In this document: positions 1 to 9,239 of the stretch, piece by piece
How the letters are laid out: every line of letters begins with the position of its first letter
Position numbering within the stretch: the stretch's first letter is position 1
Source: Betaproteobacteria bacterium
Lineage (GTDB): Bacteria > Pseudomonadota > Gammaproteobacteria > Burkholderiales > SG8-41
Direction: 5' to 3'
DNA length: 64,000 nucleotides
Assembly (NCBI GenBank): GCA_900299145.1
Contig: OMIN01000152.1
Coordinates: 14,886-78,885, forward strand
Position numbers and translations under genes: made by a program
The notes under the pieces: model-generated
Told to the model about the DNA's origin: nothing
The model's input: only the letters and a program-made list of their open reading frames with translations
The model's database searches: none

Positions 1-832
1 GCCCGGCGTGGATTTCGAGACACGGATTTTTGCCAAGGTGAACGCGGCTGAACTGCTGCGCAAGGAATTGTCGAAGCCTGGTTACTGTTGCGAAGTGATT
101 TCGCTGGGTGCGAACACCGATCCTTATCAGCCCGCCGAGCGCCGGCTCAATATCACGCGCGGCGTGCTTCAGGTTTGCTCTGAGTTTAATCAGCCGGTGG
201 GCATCGTCACCAAGAACGCGCTGATCGAACGCGATCTGGATATTCTCGTGCCGATGGCGCAGCGGCGGCTGGTGAATGTATTTATTTCGGTGAACAATCT
301 GGATCACGACATCGCGCGCAAACTGGAGCCGCGCTGCGTCGCACCCGCACGGCGGCTCGAAGCCATCCGCGCGTTGTCGCGGGCGGGTGTGCCGGTGGGT
401 GTGCTGGTGGCGCCGGTGATTCCGTTCCTGAATGACGATCAGTGCGAAGCCGTGCTTGAAGCCGCGCACGCGGCAGGCGCGACCCAGGCTGGCTATGTCA
501 TGCTGCGCCTGCCGTTTGAAGTAAAAGCGCTATTCCGCGACTGGCTTGAACGGCACTATCCGCTCAAGGCAAAACACGTGATGAGCCGCGTGCACGAGCT
601 GCGCAGCGGGCGCGACAATGATCCAAACTTCGGCAGCCGCATGCGCGGACAGGGTGAGTTCGCGGAACTGCTGTCCAAGAGGTTCGCGCTTGCCAAGCGG
701 CGCATCGGTTACGACATGCGCGAACGCATGCTGCGTAATGCGGCGCTGGATACGACGTTGTTTCGGGTGCCGGTTGTGCAGGAGCCGCAGTCGTTGCAGG
801 GGCCGGAAAAGAGACAGATGAGCTTGTTCTAA
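1..832 (+). CDS. Radical SAM protein (PA0069/SplB-like family), 5' end outside window
   Basis: ORF 8..832 stays open to the window edge. The translation (LGANTDPYQP..., VTKNALIERDLDIL, APVIPFLND) matches my memory of this family. The TAA stop at 830-832 lies in AT-element copy 1. Confidence 0.8.
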   Translation, partial: PGVDFETRIFAKVNAAELLRKELSKPGYCCEVISLGANTDPYQPAERRLNITRGVLQVCSEFNQPVGIVTKNALIERDLDILVPMAQRRLVNVFISVNNLDHDIARKLEPRCVAPARRLEAIRALSRAGVPVGVLVAPVIPFLNDDQCEAVLEAAHAAGATQAGYVMLRLPFEVKALFRDWLERHYPLKAKHVMSRVHELRSGRDNDPNFGSRMRGQGEFAELLSKRFALAKRRIGYDMRERMLRNAALDTTLFRVPVVQEPQSLQGPEKRQMSLF

Positions 833-858
833 GTATTTGTTTTTATTGAATTATTTAT
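830..858 (+). repeat. AT-rich dispersed element, copy 1
   Basis: TAAGTATTTGTTTTTATTGAATTATTTAT. Its TAA is the stop codon of the radical SAM gene. Confidence 0.8.
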
Positions 859-878
859 GACCGGCTTTAGGCGCGCAC

Positions 879-1235
879 TCAGGTTCTTTTGCCACGCTCT
901 ATGGTCACGCCCAACTGCTTCACATTTTTCAGCGCGGATAATTTCGTAACGCTGACTTTCACCCACGGCGCCTGGAATTCGCTTGTGACCAGTTGCGCAA
1001 TGTGCTCGGCGAGTTTTTCCAGCAACTGAATTTTGTTGTCGCGCAGGCTTTCTTCAATGCGCTGCACGACTTTGGCGTAGTCAATGGTGTCGTTGATGGT
1101 GTCGCTTTGCGCGGCGCGGTTACCGGGGATGCCGATTTCCAGATCGAACTGCACGGTTTGCGGCGCGATACGTTCCCAGTCGTATAGGCCGACGGTGATG
1201 CTCAAGCGAAAATCGCGGATGAAAATAATGTCCAT
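879..1235 (-). CDS. folB: Dihydroneopterin aldolase
   Basis: 118-aa ORF with a FolB-like sequence (MDIIFIRDFRL..VGLYDWER..., DTIDYAKV). Confidence 0.85.
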   Translation of the reverse strand: MDIIFIRDFRLSITVGLYDWERIAPQTVQFDLEIGIPGNRAAQSDTINDTIDYAKVVQRIEESLRDNKIQLLEKLAEHIAQLVTSEFQAPWVKVSVTKLSALKNVKQLGVTIERGKRT

Positions 1236-1364
1236 TGCCTGCCGTTAAACGTGAATGGTGAATTGTGAAACGCCGCCTTAGCGTGCCGGTCAATGCGTGT
1301 GGGAATGCACGCAGCAGTGCACACCGGTTAGGCTAAAATACGCGGCCATTCTATGTGAATTCAT

Positions 1365-1973
1365 ATGACCACGGCGATTCTTGCGATTGCAGCTTACCTG
1401 ATCGGCTCGGTTTCGTTTGCGGTAATCACCAGCAAGCTCTTCCAGCTGCCCGATCCGCGCACGTATGGTTCCGGCAACCCCGGCGCCACCAACGTGCTGC
1501 GCTCCGGCAACAAGGCTGCGGCCGTGCTGACGCTGTTGGGCGATGCGCTGAAAGGCTGCTTGCCGGTGTGGCTGGCGCAGCATTTTTCGCCAGCCGAAGC
1601 AGCGCCGCTGGCGATGGCGCTGGCCGGCGCGCTGGCGGTTATCGGCCACATGCTGCCGGTGTTTCACCGTTTTAAGGGCGGCAAGGGTGTTGCCACCGCG
1701 CTGGGCGCACTGTTTGGGTTCAGTGTCTACCTTGGGCTTGGAGCGATTTCGACCTGGTTGATCATTGCGCTGTTTTTCCGCATGTCGTCATTTGCGTCGA
1801 TACTCTCTGCCTTGTTCGCGCCCTTCGCCACGTGGATGCTGTTCGGCGCGACACACCCGTTTTTCGCAAGCGTGGCCGTGGTCGCGGTGCTATTGATCTA
1901 CCGCCACCGCCAGAACATCAAGAATATTCTGGCGGGCACCGAAAGCAAAATCGGGCAGAAAGCGAAAGCCTAA
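1365..1973 (+). CDS. plsY: Glycerol-3-phosphate acyltransferase PlsY
   Basis: 202-aa membrane ORF with the PlsY hallmarks YLIGSVSFAV, GSGNPGATNVLR and HRFKGGKGVAT. Confidence 0.9.
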   Translation: MTTAILAIAAYLIGSVSFAVITSKLFQLPDPRTYGSGNPGATNVLRSGNKAAAVLTLLGDALKGCLPVWLAQHFSPAEAAPLAMALAGALAVIGHMLPVFHRFKGGKGVATALGALFGFSVYLGLGAISTWLIIALFFRMSSFASILSALFAPFATWMLFGATHPFFASVAVVAVLLIYRHRQNIKNILAGTESKIGQKAKA

Positions 1974-2004
1974 AGGTACTTCGGGTGCCCGGGGGTGTTA
2001 CTCG

Positions 2005-3321
2005 TTAACGCTTGAACTCCAGCAGATCCAACCCGCAGTAACGGTCCGCAGCGTAAATCACGCCGCGCTCGTCGACATCAACATCGTTGGTTTGCGGGCA
2101 CGGTTTGCCGCCGCACGGTTCGGGGATGTACCAGCCCACTTCCTGCGGCGCTGCCGGATCGGCTACGTCAACAATCCGCAAGCCGCCGGCGAACCACGCG
2201 CAGTACACCAGCGTGTCGCCGCCCTTCCAGTGTTCCTGAAACTGATGGCCGCCGAAGCGGCCGGGCGCCGTGCGCGCCCACGGCGATTCCAGCTCACTTA
2301 CTTCAAACACGCCCAGCGGCTTGATGTTGGCCGGCTCGGTGATATCGAACGTCCACAGCGCCGCGTGCGGGCGGCCGCGGCGCTTGGCGACTTCAGCATC
2401 GCTGTGCACGTGGTCTTCTTCGTCGATGGCGACGGCGATGTCGCGTCCATTGATTTTCCGGGTGAGTCCCATGAAGGTGTGCGACGGCTCCGGCATTGGC
2501 GGATGGTAGTTGTAGGCGCCGATGGTGGTGGGTTTGCGGATATCGTTGACATCAACAATGCGCACGCCGCCATGCCAGCAGCCTGCGAACAAACGGTTGC
2601 CCAAGCGCACGGTGTGATGCAGCCGGTGCTGGCGGCCGGGCCACGTGGGCTTTTCGCCGCCGGCGATGTGCTGGCCGGGAATGTGCCAGCGTGACACTTC
2701 CTCCGGTTTTGACGGATTTTTCAGATCGTAAATTACTAGAATGTTGCCGATGTAGCCCGGCATCTCGGTCGAGATGTAGGCGTAGTTGGCATCCATGTCG
2801 AAGCGGTGTACGCCACGGCCATGGGTTCTGACGTGCGTCAGCAGCTTCGGATTCTTGCGATCCTTGATGTCCCAAACCTTGAAGCCGCCTTCCGCATATG
2901 GCCGCTTGGCCAGCGCATCCACTTCGGGGATGTCGGCGGCGGCAACCCCCAGCTTTGCCGCGAGTTCGGCGTCCGTGGCCTCGCGCCCCAGCTCGGCCTT
3001 CATCACCGTGCGCAGCTTGGGCAGCTCATCGGCTTTGCGGCCAATCGCGGTCATGTTTTGCTCCATGTTGGTGATCATGATGTCGCCCACCGCGCGCGCC
3101 TTGTGGCTGTGCGAGGTGTTGTCGCCCACCGGCAATTGGCAAATCACCTTCGGATTTTTCGGATCGGCCACGTCGACAATGCTGGTGCCGAGCCCCGCTT
3201 TGTTGGTGATGTGGCCGACGTAGGCGTGGTTGCCTTCGACCAAAATTTGCCCCGCGCCTTCGAGATCGAGATGGCCAAGGCGGGTGACGTTGTGCGCGAG
3301 TTTTGCGGGGGCTTGATCCAT
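2005..3321 (-). CDS. LVIVD-repeat protein
   Basis: Repeated xxIVDVxDPxxPxxV units (TSIVDVADPKNPKV, VKVWDIKDRKNPKL, VRIVDVNDIRKPT, LRIVDVADPAAPQEV). Start moved to the internal ATG at 3321 (MDQAPAKL), because the longer ORF overlaps the divergent gene. Confidence 0.6.
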   Translation of the reverse strand: MDQAPAKLAHNVTRLGHLDLEGAGQILVEGNHAYVGHITNKAGLGTSIVDVADPKNPKVICQLPVGDNTSHSHKARAVGDIMITNMEQNMTAIGRKADELPKLRTVMKAELGREATDAELAAKLGVAAADIPEVDALAKRPYAEGGFKVWDIKDRKNPKLLTHVRTHGRGVHRFDMDANYAYISTEMPGYIGNILVIYDLKNPSKPEEVSRWHIPGQHIAGGEKPTWPGRQHRLHHTVRLGNRLFAGCWHGGVRIVDVNDIRKPTTIGAYNYHPPMPEPSHTFMGLTRKINGRDIAVAIDEEDHVHSDAEVAKRRGRPHAALWTFDITEPANIKPLGVFEVSELESPWARTAPGRFGGHQFQEHWKGGDTLVYCAWFAGGLRIVDVADPAAPQEVGWYIPEPCGGKPCPQTNDVDVDERGVIYAADRYCGLDLLEFKR

Positions 3322-3403
3322 GATCGGTCTCGTGTGACGGAAGTGAATGAAGTATGGGAATGTCCGCATTCTACTCCACGCCTCATGCGACAATAGCGGC
3401 ACG

Positions 3404-5086
3404 ATGTTGCGCTTGACTGAACTGAAACTTCCACTCGATCACACCGATGACGCGCTGCGCGCAGCGATCATCGAGCGGCTGGATATCAATGAACACGCGC
3501 TGCTGCGCTACTGCGTTTATCGCCGCGCGGTGGATGCGCGCAAGCGCGGCTCGATTCAGTTCACTTACACCCTCGATGCCGAAGTCGCTGACGAAGAGAC
3601 AGTTTGGATTAGGAATAAAAAACATAATAAAAACAAATACTTGGATAAATCCCCCGACACCGGCTACCGCTTTGTCACGCACGCACAACCGAATTTGAAA
3701 GAGCGGCCCGTGGTGATCGGCAGCGGCCCCTGCGGATTTTTTGCCGGACTGCTGCTGGCGCAAATGGGTTTCCGGCCCATCATTCTGGAACGCGGCAAAA
3801 TCGTGCGTGAGCGCACGCAGGACACGTGGGGCTTGTGGCGGCGCTCGACGCTGAACCCGGAATCGAACGTACAGTTTGGCGAAGGTGGCGCGGGCACGTT
3901 TTCCGACGGCAAGCTCTACAGCCAGATCAAGGACCGGCGTTTTCTGTCGCGCAAGGTGCTCACCGAATTCGTCAAGGCTGGCGCGCCGGAAGAAATTTTG
4001 TACGTGGCGCATCCGCACATTGGCACCTTCCGGTTGGTGGCCATGGTGGAGTCGATGCGCGAAACGATTACCGCGCTGGGTGGCGAAATCCGGTTTGGCT
4101 GCAAGGTAAGCGATATTGAAGTCGATGGCACGGACGGCCGGCAAGTGCGCGCCGTGCATCTCGCTGGTGGTGAACGCATTGCCGCCAGGCACGTGGTGCT
4201 GGCGGTGGGGCACAGCGCGCGCGACACCTTCTCGCTGTTGCATCAGCGTGGTGTATACATGGAGGCAAAGCCGTTTTCGATAGGCTTTCGCATCGAGCAC
4301 CCACAGTCGCTGATCGATGCCGCCCGCTGGGGCCAATTTGCCGGCCACAAGCTGCTGGGCGCGGCGGACTACAAGCTGGTGCATCACTGTGAAAATGCGG
4401 CCCTGCGCCAGCAAAGCCGCTCGGTCTACAGCTTTTGCATGTGCCCCGGCGGCACCGTGGTGGCGGCCACGTCTGAAGTGGGCCGCGTGGTGACCAACGG
4501 CATGAGCCAGTATTCGCGTAACGAACGCAACGCGAATGCAGGGCTTGTGGTGGGCATAACCCCGAAAGATTTTTCGATGCCACCGAAAAGCCATTCGCAG
4601 CCGCGGGAACACGCGCCCGGCCACGTGCTGGCCGGTGTGGATTTTCAGCGCCAATGGGAATCGGCGGCGTTTGTGGCGGGTGGTGGCAACTACAACGCGC
4701 CCGCGCAACGCGTCGGCGATTTTCTCGCCGGGCGTGCATCGCTGGCGCAGGGCAAGGTTGCGCCGTCCTACAAGCCCGGCGTGCGCTGGACGGATGTGTC
4801 GGCATGCGTGCCTGACTACGCGGCGGCCGCGATTCGCGAGGCGCTGCCGGCACTGGACCGCAAGTTGAAAGGCTTTGCAATGGCCGATGCCGTGCTGACG
4901 GGTGTGGAGACACGCACCTCGTCACCGGTGCGCATTACGCGCGATACCGCATATGTGAGCATCAACACGCGCGGGCTGTATCCCGCGGGCGAGGGCGCGG
5001 GTTACGCGGGCGGCATCCTGTCGGCGGCGGTGGACGGGATTGAAGTGGCGGAGGCGGTGGCGTTGAATATCGTGAATCAGTTCTAG
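3404..5086 (+). CDS. FAD/NAD(P)-dependent oxidoreductase (COG2509-like)
   Basis: Dinucleotide-binding motif VVIGSGPCGFFAGLLLA and C-terminal GLYPAGEGAGYAGGI. Start taken at ATG 3404 (MLRLTELKL). Carries in-frame AT-element copy 2. Confidence 0.75.
   Translation: MLRLTELKLPLDHTDDALRAAIIERLDINEHALLRYCVYRRAVDARKRGSIQFTYTLDAEVADEETVWIRNKKHNKNKYLDKSPDTGYRFVTHAQPNLKERPVVIGSGPCGFFAGLLLAQMGFRPIILERGKIVRERTQDTWGLWRRSTLNPESNVQFGEGGAGTFSDGKLYSQIKDRRFLSRKVLTEFVKAGAPEEILYVAHPHIGTFRLVAMVESMRETITALGGEIRFGCKVSDIEVDGTDGRQVRAVHLAGGERIAARHVVLAVGHSARDTFSLLHQRGVYMEAKPFSIGFRIEHPQSLIDAARWGQFAGHKLLGAADYKLVHHCENAALRQQSRSVYSFCMCPGGTVVAATSEVGRVVTNGMSQYSRNERNANAGLVVGITPKDFSMPPKSHSQPREHAPGHVLAGVDFQRQWESAAFVAGGGNYNAPAQRVGDFLAGRASLAQGKVAPSYKPGVRWTDVSACVPDYAAAAIREALPALDRKLKGFAMADAVLTGVETRTSSPVRITRDTAYVSINTRGLYPAGEGAGYAGGILSAAVDGIEVAEAVALNIVNQF
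3614..3644 (-). repeat. AT-rich element, copy 2 (inside the FAD oxidoreductase CDS, in frame)
   Basis: AATAAAAAACATAATAAAAACAAATACTTGG, translated as NKKHNKNKYL. Confidence 0.75.
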
Positions 5087-5118
5087 TGCGTAGAATCGAA
5101 AGTGTTGTTACCCCGTTG

Positions 5119-5203
5119 CTGTCATTCCCGCGAAGGCGGGAATCCATAAGCCGTCGCCTGTGGCACGTTTGTTCTGGGTTCCCGCCTGCGCGGGAACGGC
5201 AAG
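5119..5203. repeat. REPIN-type inverted pair of REP palindromes
   Basis: CTGTCATTCCCGCGAAGGCGGGAATCCATAAG ... CTGGGTTCCCGCCTGCGCGGGAACGGCAAG. Confidence 0.8.
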
Positions 5204-5251
5204 ATGGGGTTAATCTGCGTTCATCGGCGTTCATCTGTGGCTAAAAAATAA

Positions 5252-5983
5252 ATGGAAAAAATCCGCGTCTCCAAACTCATGTCCGAGCAGGGGCTGTGCT
5301 CGCGCCGGGAGGCCGATAGCTACATCGAGCGCGGCTGGGTGCTGGTGGATGGCGTGCCGGTCACCGAGCTTGGTACACGCGCATTCCCGAATCAGAAAAT
5401 CACCCTCGCACGGCAGGCGCAGTCACAACAGCAGGCGAGCGTCACCATTCTGCTTAACAAGCCCGTGGGCTACGTATCCAACCTGCCGGAGCAGGGCTAT
5501 CGTCCGGCGGTCGAACTCATCAAGCCGGAGAACCGTTCCCAAGACGACAAGCAGCCGCTCCGGTTTAGCGCGGCGCATTTGCGTGGCTTGGCGCCGGCGG
5601 GGCGGCTGGATATCGATTCGGTCGGGCTTATCGTGTTCACGCAGGATGGCCGCATCGCCAAACAACTCATCGGCCAGGATTCGCAGATTGAAAAGGAATA
5701 CCTCGTGCGCGTTGAAGGCACGCTATCCGCCGAGGGGCTGGAAAAGCTCAACTTTGGGTTGAGTCTCGACGGCCAGCCGTTAAAGCGCGCCAAGGTCAGC
5801 TGGCAGAACGAAGATCAGTTGAGATTTGCGCTACGCGAAGGCAAAAAGCGCCAGATACGCCGCATGTGCGAGTTGGTCGGTTTGAAAGTCACCGGGTTAA
5901 AGCGTATTCGCATCGGCAGCGTGGTGCTGGGCAAACTGGCCGAAGGGCAGTGGCGGTATTTGCGGGCGGACGAGCGGTTCTGA
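5252..5983 (+). CDS. S4-domain rRNA pseudouridine synthase (RsuA/RluB/E/F family)
   Basis: N-terminal S4 domain ([17 protein letters not shown]), catalytic [14 protein letters not shown] and KEYLVRV. Confidence 0.85.
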   Translation: MEKIRVSKLMSEQGLCSRREADSYIERGWVLVDGVPVTELGTRAFPNQKITLARQAQSQQQASVTILLNKPVGYVSNLPEQGYRPAVELIKPENRSQDDKQPLRFSAAHLRGLAPAGRLDIDSVGLIVFTQDGRIAKQLIGQDSQIEKEYLVRVEGTLSAEGLEKLNFGLSLDGQPLKRAKVSWQNEDQLRFALREGKKRQIRRMCELVGLKVTGLKRIRIGSVVLGKLAEGQWRYLRADERF

Positions 5984-6007
5984 AAACATCACCGAAGAGA
6001 CATAGAC

Positions 6008-6799
6008 ATGGATCTCAACCTCAAAGGCAAAAAAGCCATTATCTCCGGCGCCAATCGCGGCATTGGGCTCACTATCGCGCATCACTATGCGGGGGAAGGT
6101 ATTGATGTTGCCCTGCTGGGGCGCAACAACAAAGCCCTGGTTGAAGCGGCTGCCGAGGTGCGTGCAAGGCATTCGGCGGCAAATGTGGTGACCGTGTTGG
6201 TCGATCTGGAGCAGCCGCACACCATAAAACCCGCGGCGGAATCGGCGGTTCGGCAGCTGGGTGGCGTGGACATTCTGGTCAATTGCGCGGGTGGCGCGTA
6301 TCGGGGAAGGTTGGGCGAAATTCCCGATGAAATGTGGGAGCGTTACTTCAAGGTGAAGCCGCTGGGCCTGCTGCGCATGACGCGCGAACTGCTGCCGCAC
6401 CTGAAGCAATCACGGCAAGGCCGTGTCATCAATATCTCCGGTACGCGCGGGCGCGAGCCCGAATCGCATTCAATGATGTCGGGGCCTATCAACTTCGGTA
6501 CGTTGAGCGTGACAAAGGCGATGGCGAATGAATTCGGCGCCTACGGCATCACGGTTAACGCCATCTGTCCCGGCTCCACGCGCACGCGGCGCTTCACTGA
6601 GCTCGTTGAAATCACCGCGCGTGAACGGAACCTTTCGCTCGAAAAAGCCGAGCAATGGCTGCTGCAGGAAGTGCCTCTTGGCAAGGTCATCGAACCGGAG
6701 GATGTTGCCGATCTGGCGGTGTTTCTGGCATCGGCGCGTTCGCGGCTGATCAGCGGAACGGCGATTAATGTGGATGGCGGGAGGACGCGGAGTATCTGA
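6008..6799 (+). CDS. SDR-family oxidoreductase
   Basis: Short-chain dehydrogenase pattern: GKKAIISGANRGIG, NCAG, and a C-terminal INVDGG-type motif. Confidence 0.85.
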   Translation: MDLNLKGKKAIISGANRGIGLTIAHHYAGEGIDVALLGRNNKALVEAAAEVRARHSAANVVTVLVDLEQPHTIKPAAESAVRQLGGVDILVNCAGGAYRGRLGEIPDEMWERYFKVKPLGLLRMTRELLPHLKQSRQGRVINISGTRGREPESHSMMSGPINFGTLSVTKAMANEFGAYGITVNAICPGSTRTRRFTELVEITARERNLSLEKAEQWLLQEVPLGKVIEPEDVADLAVFLASARSRLISGTAINVDGGRTRSI

Positions 6800-6802
6800 C
6801 GG

Positions 6803-7810
6803 CTACTGCACCTTCACCCCGCCAGCGGTCATGACCTTGGTGATCTTTTCCGCTTCTGCCCGGACGAACGCGTCGAATGCTTCCGGCGAGGAAGTCTTGA
6901 TGGCGGCGCCGCGCACGGTGATTTTATCTTTAACGTCAGGCAGGTTGAGGATGCGTGCCTGCTCATGCGCAATTTGATTAACGATCGCGCGCGGTGTTTT
7001 GGCTTGCGTGAACATGCCATACCAGTGGTCGAACACATACCCGGCCAGGCCGGCTTCCGCGATGGTGGGTACATCGGGCAAGGGCGCCGCGCGGGTGGCG
7101 GTGCTGACCGCCAGCGCCAACAGGCGCTTTTCCTTGATGAAGGGCAGCGTGTTGCCGATGGGCGCGAACGCGTAATTCAGGCGCGCGGTCATCGCGTCGG
7201 TAATGACTTCGGGCACACCTTTATACGGCACGTGGGTAAGTTCCAGCCCGGCCATCTGGCGAAAAAGTTCGCCGGTGATGTGCGTGCCGCTGCCCACGCC
7301 AGCGTGGCCGTAATTCACGATGGCTTTTTGTTTGGCGTTCGCAATTAATTCCTTCATCGAGCGCACGCCCGCCGACGGCGCGATGATCAGCACATTGGGC
7401 AAACTGGTCGCCTGCGACACGCCGGCAAAATCACGCAGCGTGTCGAACGGCGCTTTCGGATACAGCGCGGGTGTTGCGGCATGCGACACGGAATTGAAAA
7501 ACAGCGTGTAGCCATCCGGGTTTGCGGCGGCTACGAGCGCGCCCGCCACCGTGCTGCCCGCACCGGGGCGATTGTCGATGACAACGCGCTGGCCCCACTT
7601 TTCCGACATCTCCTGCGCGATCATGCGGCCGATGACATCCACTTCGCTGCCGGCGGTGAAGCCGATGATGAGACGAATGGGCTTGGTGGGGAAAGCCTGT
7701 CCTGAGCTTGTCGACGGGGCGGCGGTCTGCGCGAGCGCATGGTAGGTAAAAGCGGTGGAGGCAGCCAGAGCGAGGGTGCGAAGCAGGGAGCGAACCGGAT
7801 TAGAATGCAT
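6803..7810 (-). CDS. Bug/TctC-family tripartite tricarboxylate transporter substrate-binding protein
   Basis: Signal peptide followed by PTKPIRLIIGFTAGS, NRPGAGS and VPYKG motifs. Confidence 0.9.
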   Translation of the reverse strand: MHSNPVRSLLRTLALAASTAFTYHALAQTAAPSTSSGQAFPTKPIRLIIGFTAGSEVDVIGRMIAQEMSEKWGQRVVIDNRPGAGSTVAGALVAAANPDGYTLFFNSVSHAATPALYPKAPFDTLRDFAGVSQATSLPNVLIIAPSAGVRSMKELIANAKQKAIVNYGHAGVGSGTHITGELFRQMAGLELTHVPYKGVPEVITDAMTARLNYAFAPIGNTLPFIKEKRLLALAVSTATRAAPLPDVPTIAEAGLAGYVFDHWYGMFTQAKTPRAIVNQIAHEQARILNLPDVKDKITVRGAAIKTSSPEAFDAFVRAEAEKITKVMTAGGVKVQ

Positions 7811-7815
7811 AATAT

Positions 7816-7842
7816 TAACTATTTGATTTAATTAATATTTTC
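7816..7842 (+). repeat. AT-rich element, copy 3
   Basis: TAACTATTTGATTTAATTAATATTTTC. It fills the whole 30-bp spacer between two minus-strand genes. Confidence 0.7.
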
Positions 7843-8413
7843 AGCGTGCCAGCAATGACTTGTCACGCACCATTGGAATCTGCCCCGGCGGCGGATTGGC
7901 AATCGCCTCCTCCAGCGATTTCGCGCCGCGCCATTCATTGCTGGGCCTTGCCACGCCTTCGGTGCCGATCTGATCAAGGCCCCAATAAATTTCAAGGTTG
8001 TGGCCGTCGGGGTCGAGAAACTCCACCGCGATCTGCACGCCTGCGCGGCGGCGGCCTTCAAACACAATCGTCGCGCCGCTGTCGCGCAAATGATTGCGCG
8101 CGCGTATCACGTCATCGAGAGAACTCACCTCGAACGCCATGTGATGCAGCCCGCGTTTGTTGTCCGGCCCGGCGGCGCCACCAATCAGCGCCACACCATG
8201 GTGATCCGTATTGCAGCGCATAAACACCATACCACCGGGCATCATGTCGTCGCCGTAAATGTCGGAAACCTTGAAGCCCAGCACGCCGGTGTAAAAGGCG
8301 ATCGAGCGTTCGAGGTTTTCGACCATCAGGACGACGTGGCCGATTTTGTTTAGCGAAAACGGCGGTGCAGATGGGCTGATGGCGGCGCGCAGGCGGTTGG
8401 TGTCTACTGGCAT
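7841..8413 (-). CDS. VOC-family protein (glyoxalase/extradiol dioxygenase fold)
   Basis: 190-aa ORF with a VOC-like pattern: IGHVVLMVENLERSIAFYTGVLGFKV and HHMAFEV. Confidence 0.8.
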   Translation of the reverse strand: MPVDTNRLRAAISPSAPPFSLNKIGHVVLMVENLERSIAFYTGVLGFKVSDIYGDDMMPGGMVFMRCNTDHHGVALIGGAAGPDNKRGLHHMAFEVSSLDDVIRARNHLRDSGATIVFEGRRRAGVQIAVEFLDPDGHNLEIYWGLDQIGTEGVARPSNEWRGAKSLEEAIANPPPGQIPMVRDKSLLAR

Positions 8414-8533
8414 GGGGTGCTCCTGCTGGAAAAGAGTGGTAGCAATGGCGCCTTAGGGTTCCGCGATACGCGCTTTATTTTCGCTCTTCGATTCAAATTT
8501 TCGATTTTGAGCGAACAATTGAAATAGCCGCGT

Positions 8534-9190
8534 TCATCCTCGCTCCGCAAGCTCCAAAGTCTTCTTGGCATTGGGCTTGATCACATGCTCCTGATAAGCC
8601 GGCCGTGCCGCCAGCCGCTCGTACCATGCCCGCACGTTGGGATGCGCGGGTATCGCTTCCTTGGGTGTCCAGTGGAACCAGCGATGCGTCAGCGAGCCGG
8701 ACGGGATATCGGCCATGGTGAACTTGTCGCCGCACAGGTATTGACGGCCAGCGAGATGCTTTTCGAGGATATCCAGCCATTGCACCTGCGCCTTGGCGGC
8801 GGCGAGGATGGCGTTACGGTTGCGCTTGTCAGCCGGGCCGAAAAAATGTTGCAAATAGACGCCGTTAAAGCCTGCGAAATTAAGTGAACTCCAGTCCATC
8901 CATTTTTCCGCGTCGGCGCGACCGCGCGGCGTATCGGGGCACAAATTGCCGAGGCTGTGCTTCATGCACAGGTAGCGCACCACCGCGCCGGACTCCCACA
9001 CAGTCCAACCATCTTCTTCCTCGATGGTCGGCAGCCGGCCATTCGGGTTCTTGCGCCGGTACTCCGGATCGTCATTGCCGCCGAATTCGCCGCCCCAATC
9101 GATGCGCTGGTGCGCAAGGCCGAGTTCTCCGATGCACCACATCGCTTTAATAACGTTTGAGCCGTCGGCCCGTCCCCAGATTTTGAACAT
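8534..9190 (-). CDS. Glutathione S-transferase
   Basis: GST N-terminal pattern (NPNGRLPTIEEEDGWTVWESGAVVRYL). Start set at ATG 9190 (MFKIWG), which has GGAGA upstream. Confidence 0.8.
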   Translation of the reverse strand: MFKIWGRADGSNVIKAMWCIGELGLAHQRIDWGGEFGGNDDPEYRRKNPNGRLPTIEEEDGWTVWESGAVVRYLCMKHSLGNLCPDTPRGRADAEKWMDWSSLNFAGFNGVYLQHFFGPADKRNRNAILAAAKAQVQWLDILEKHLAGRQYLCGDKFTMADIPSGSLTHRWFHWTPKEAIPAHPNVRAWYERLAARPAYQEHVIKPNAKKTLELAERG

Positions 9191-9239
9191 GCTGTCTCCT
9201 TGTCGTGGTCGTTGAGTTTTCGGGAAGTATCTTCTACTG

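Noticed and set aside
3383-4708. 441-aa minus-strand ORF antisense to the FAD oxidoreductase gene. Similar long shadows occur at 14583..15515, 23457..24467, 25153..26079, 36592..38106, 53790..54893 and 56037..57146.
   Set aside because: The translations are Arg/Ala/His/Gly-rich and low in complexity, with no recognisable motifs. Each lies fully inside a well-supported gene on the opposite strand. This is the typical antisense open frame of GC-rich DNA.
8480-8515. Inverted repeat TTCGCTC...GAGCGAA enclosing two TTCGATT repeats, considered as the terminator of the GST gene.
   Set aside because: The stem is only 7 bp, the loop is 22 nt, and there is no U-tract on either strand. The evidence is insufficient. 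It may simply be AT-rich promoter DNA for the VOC gene.
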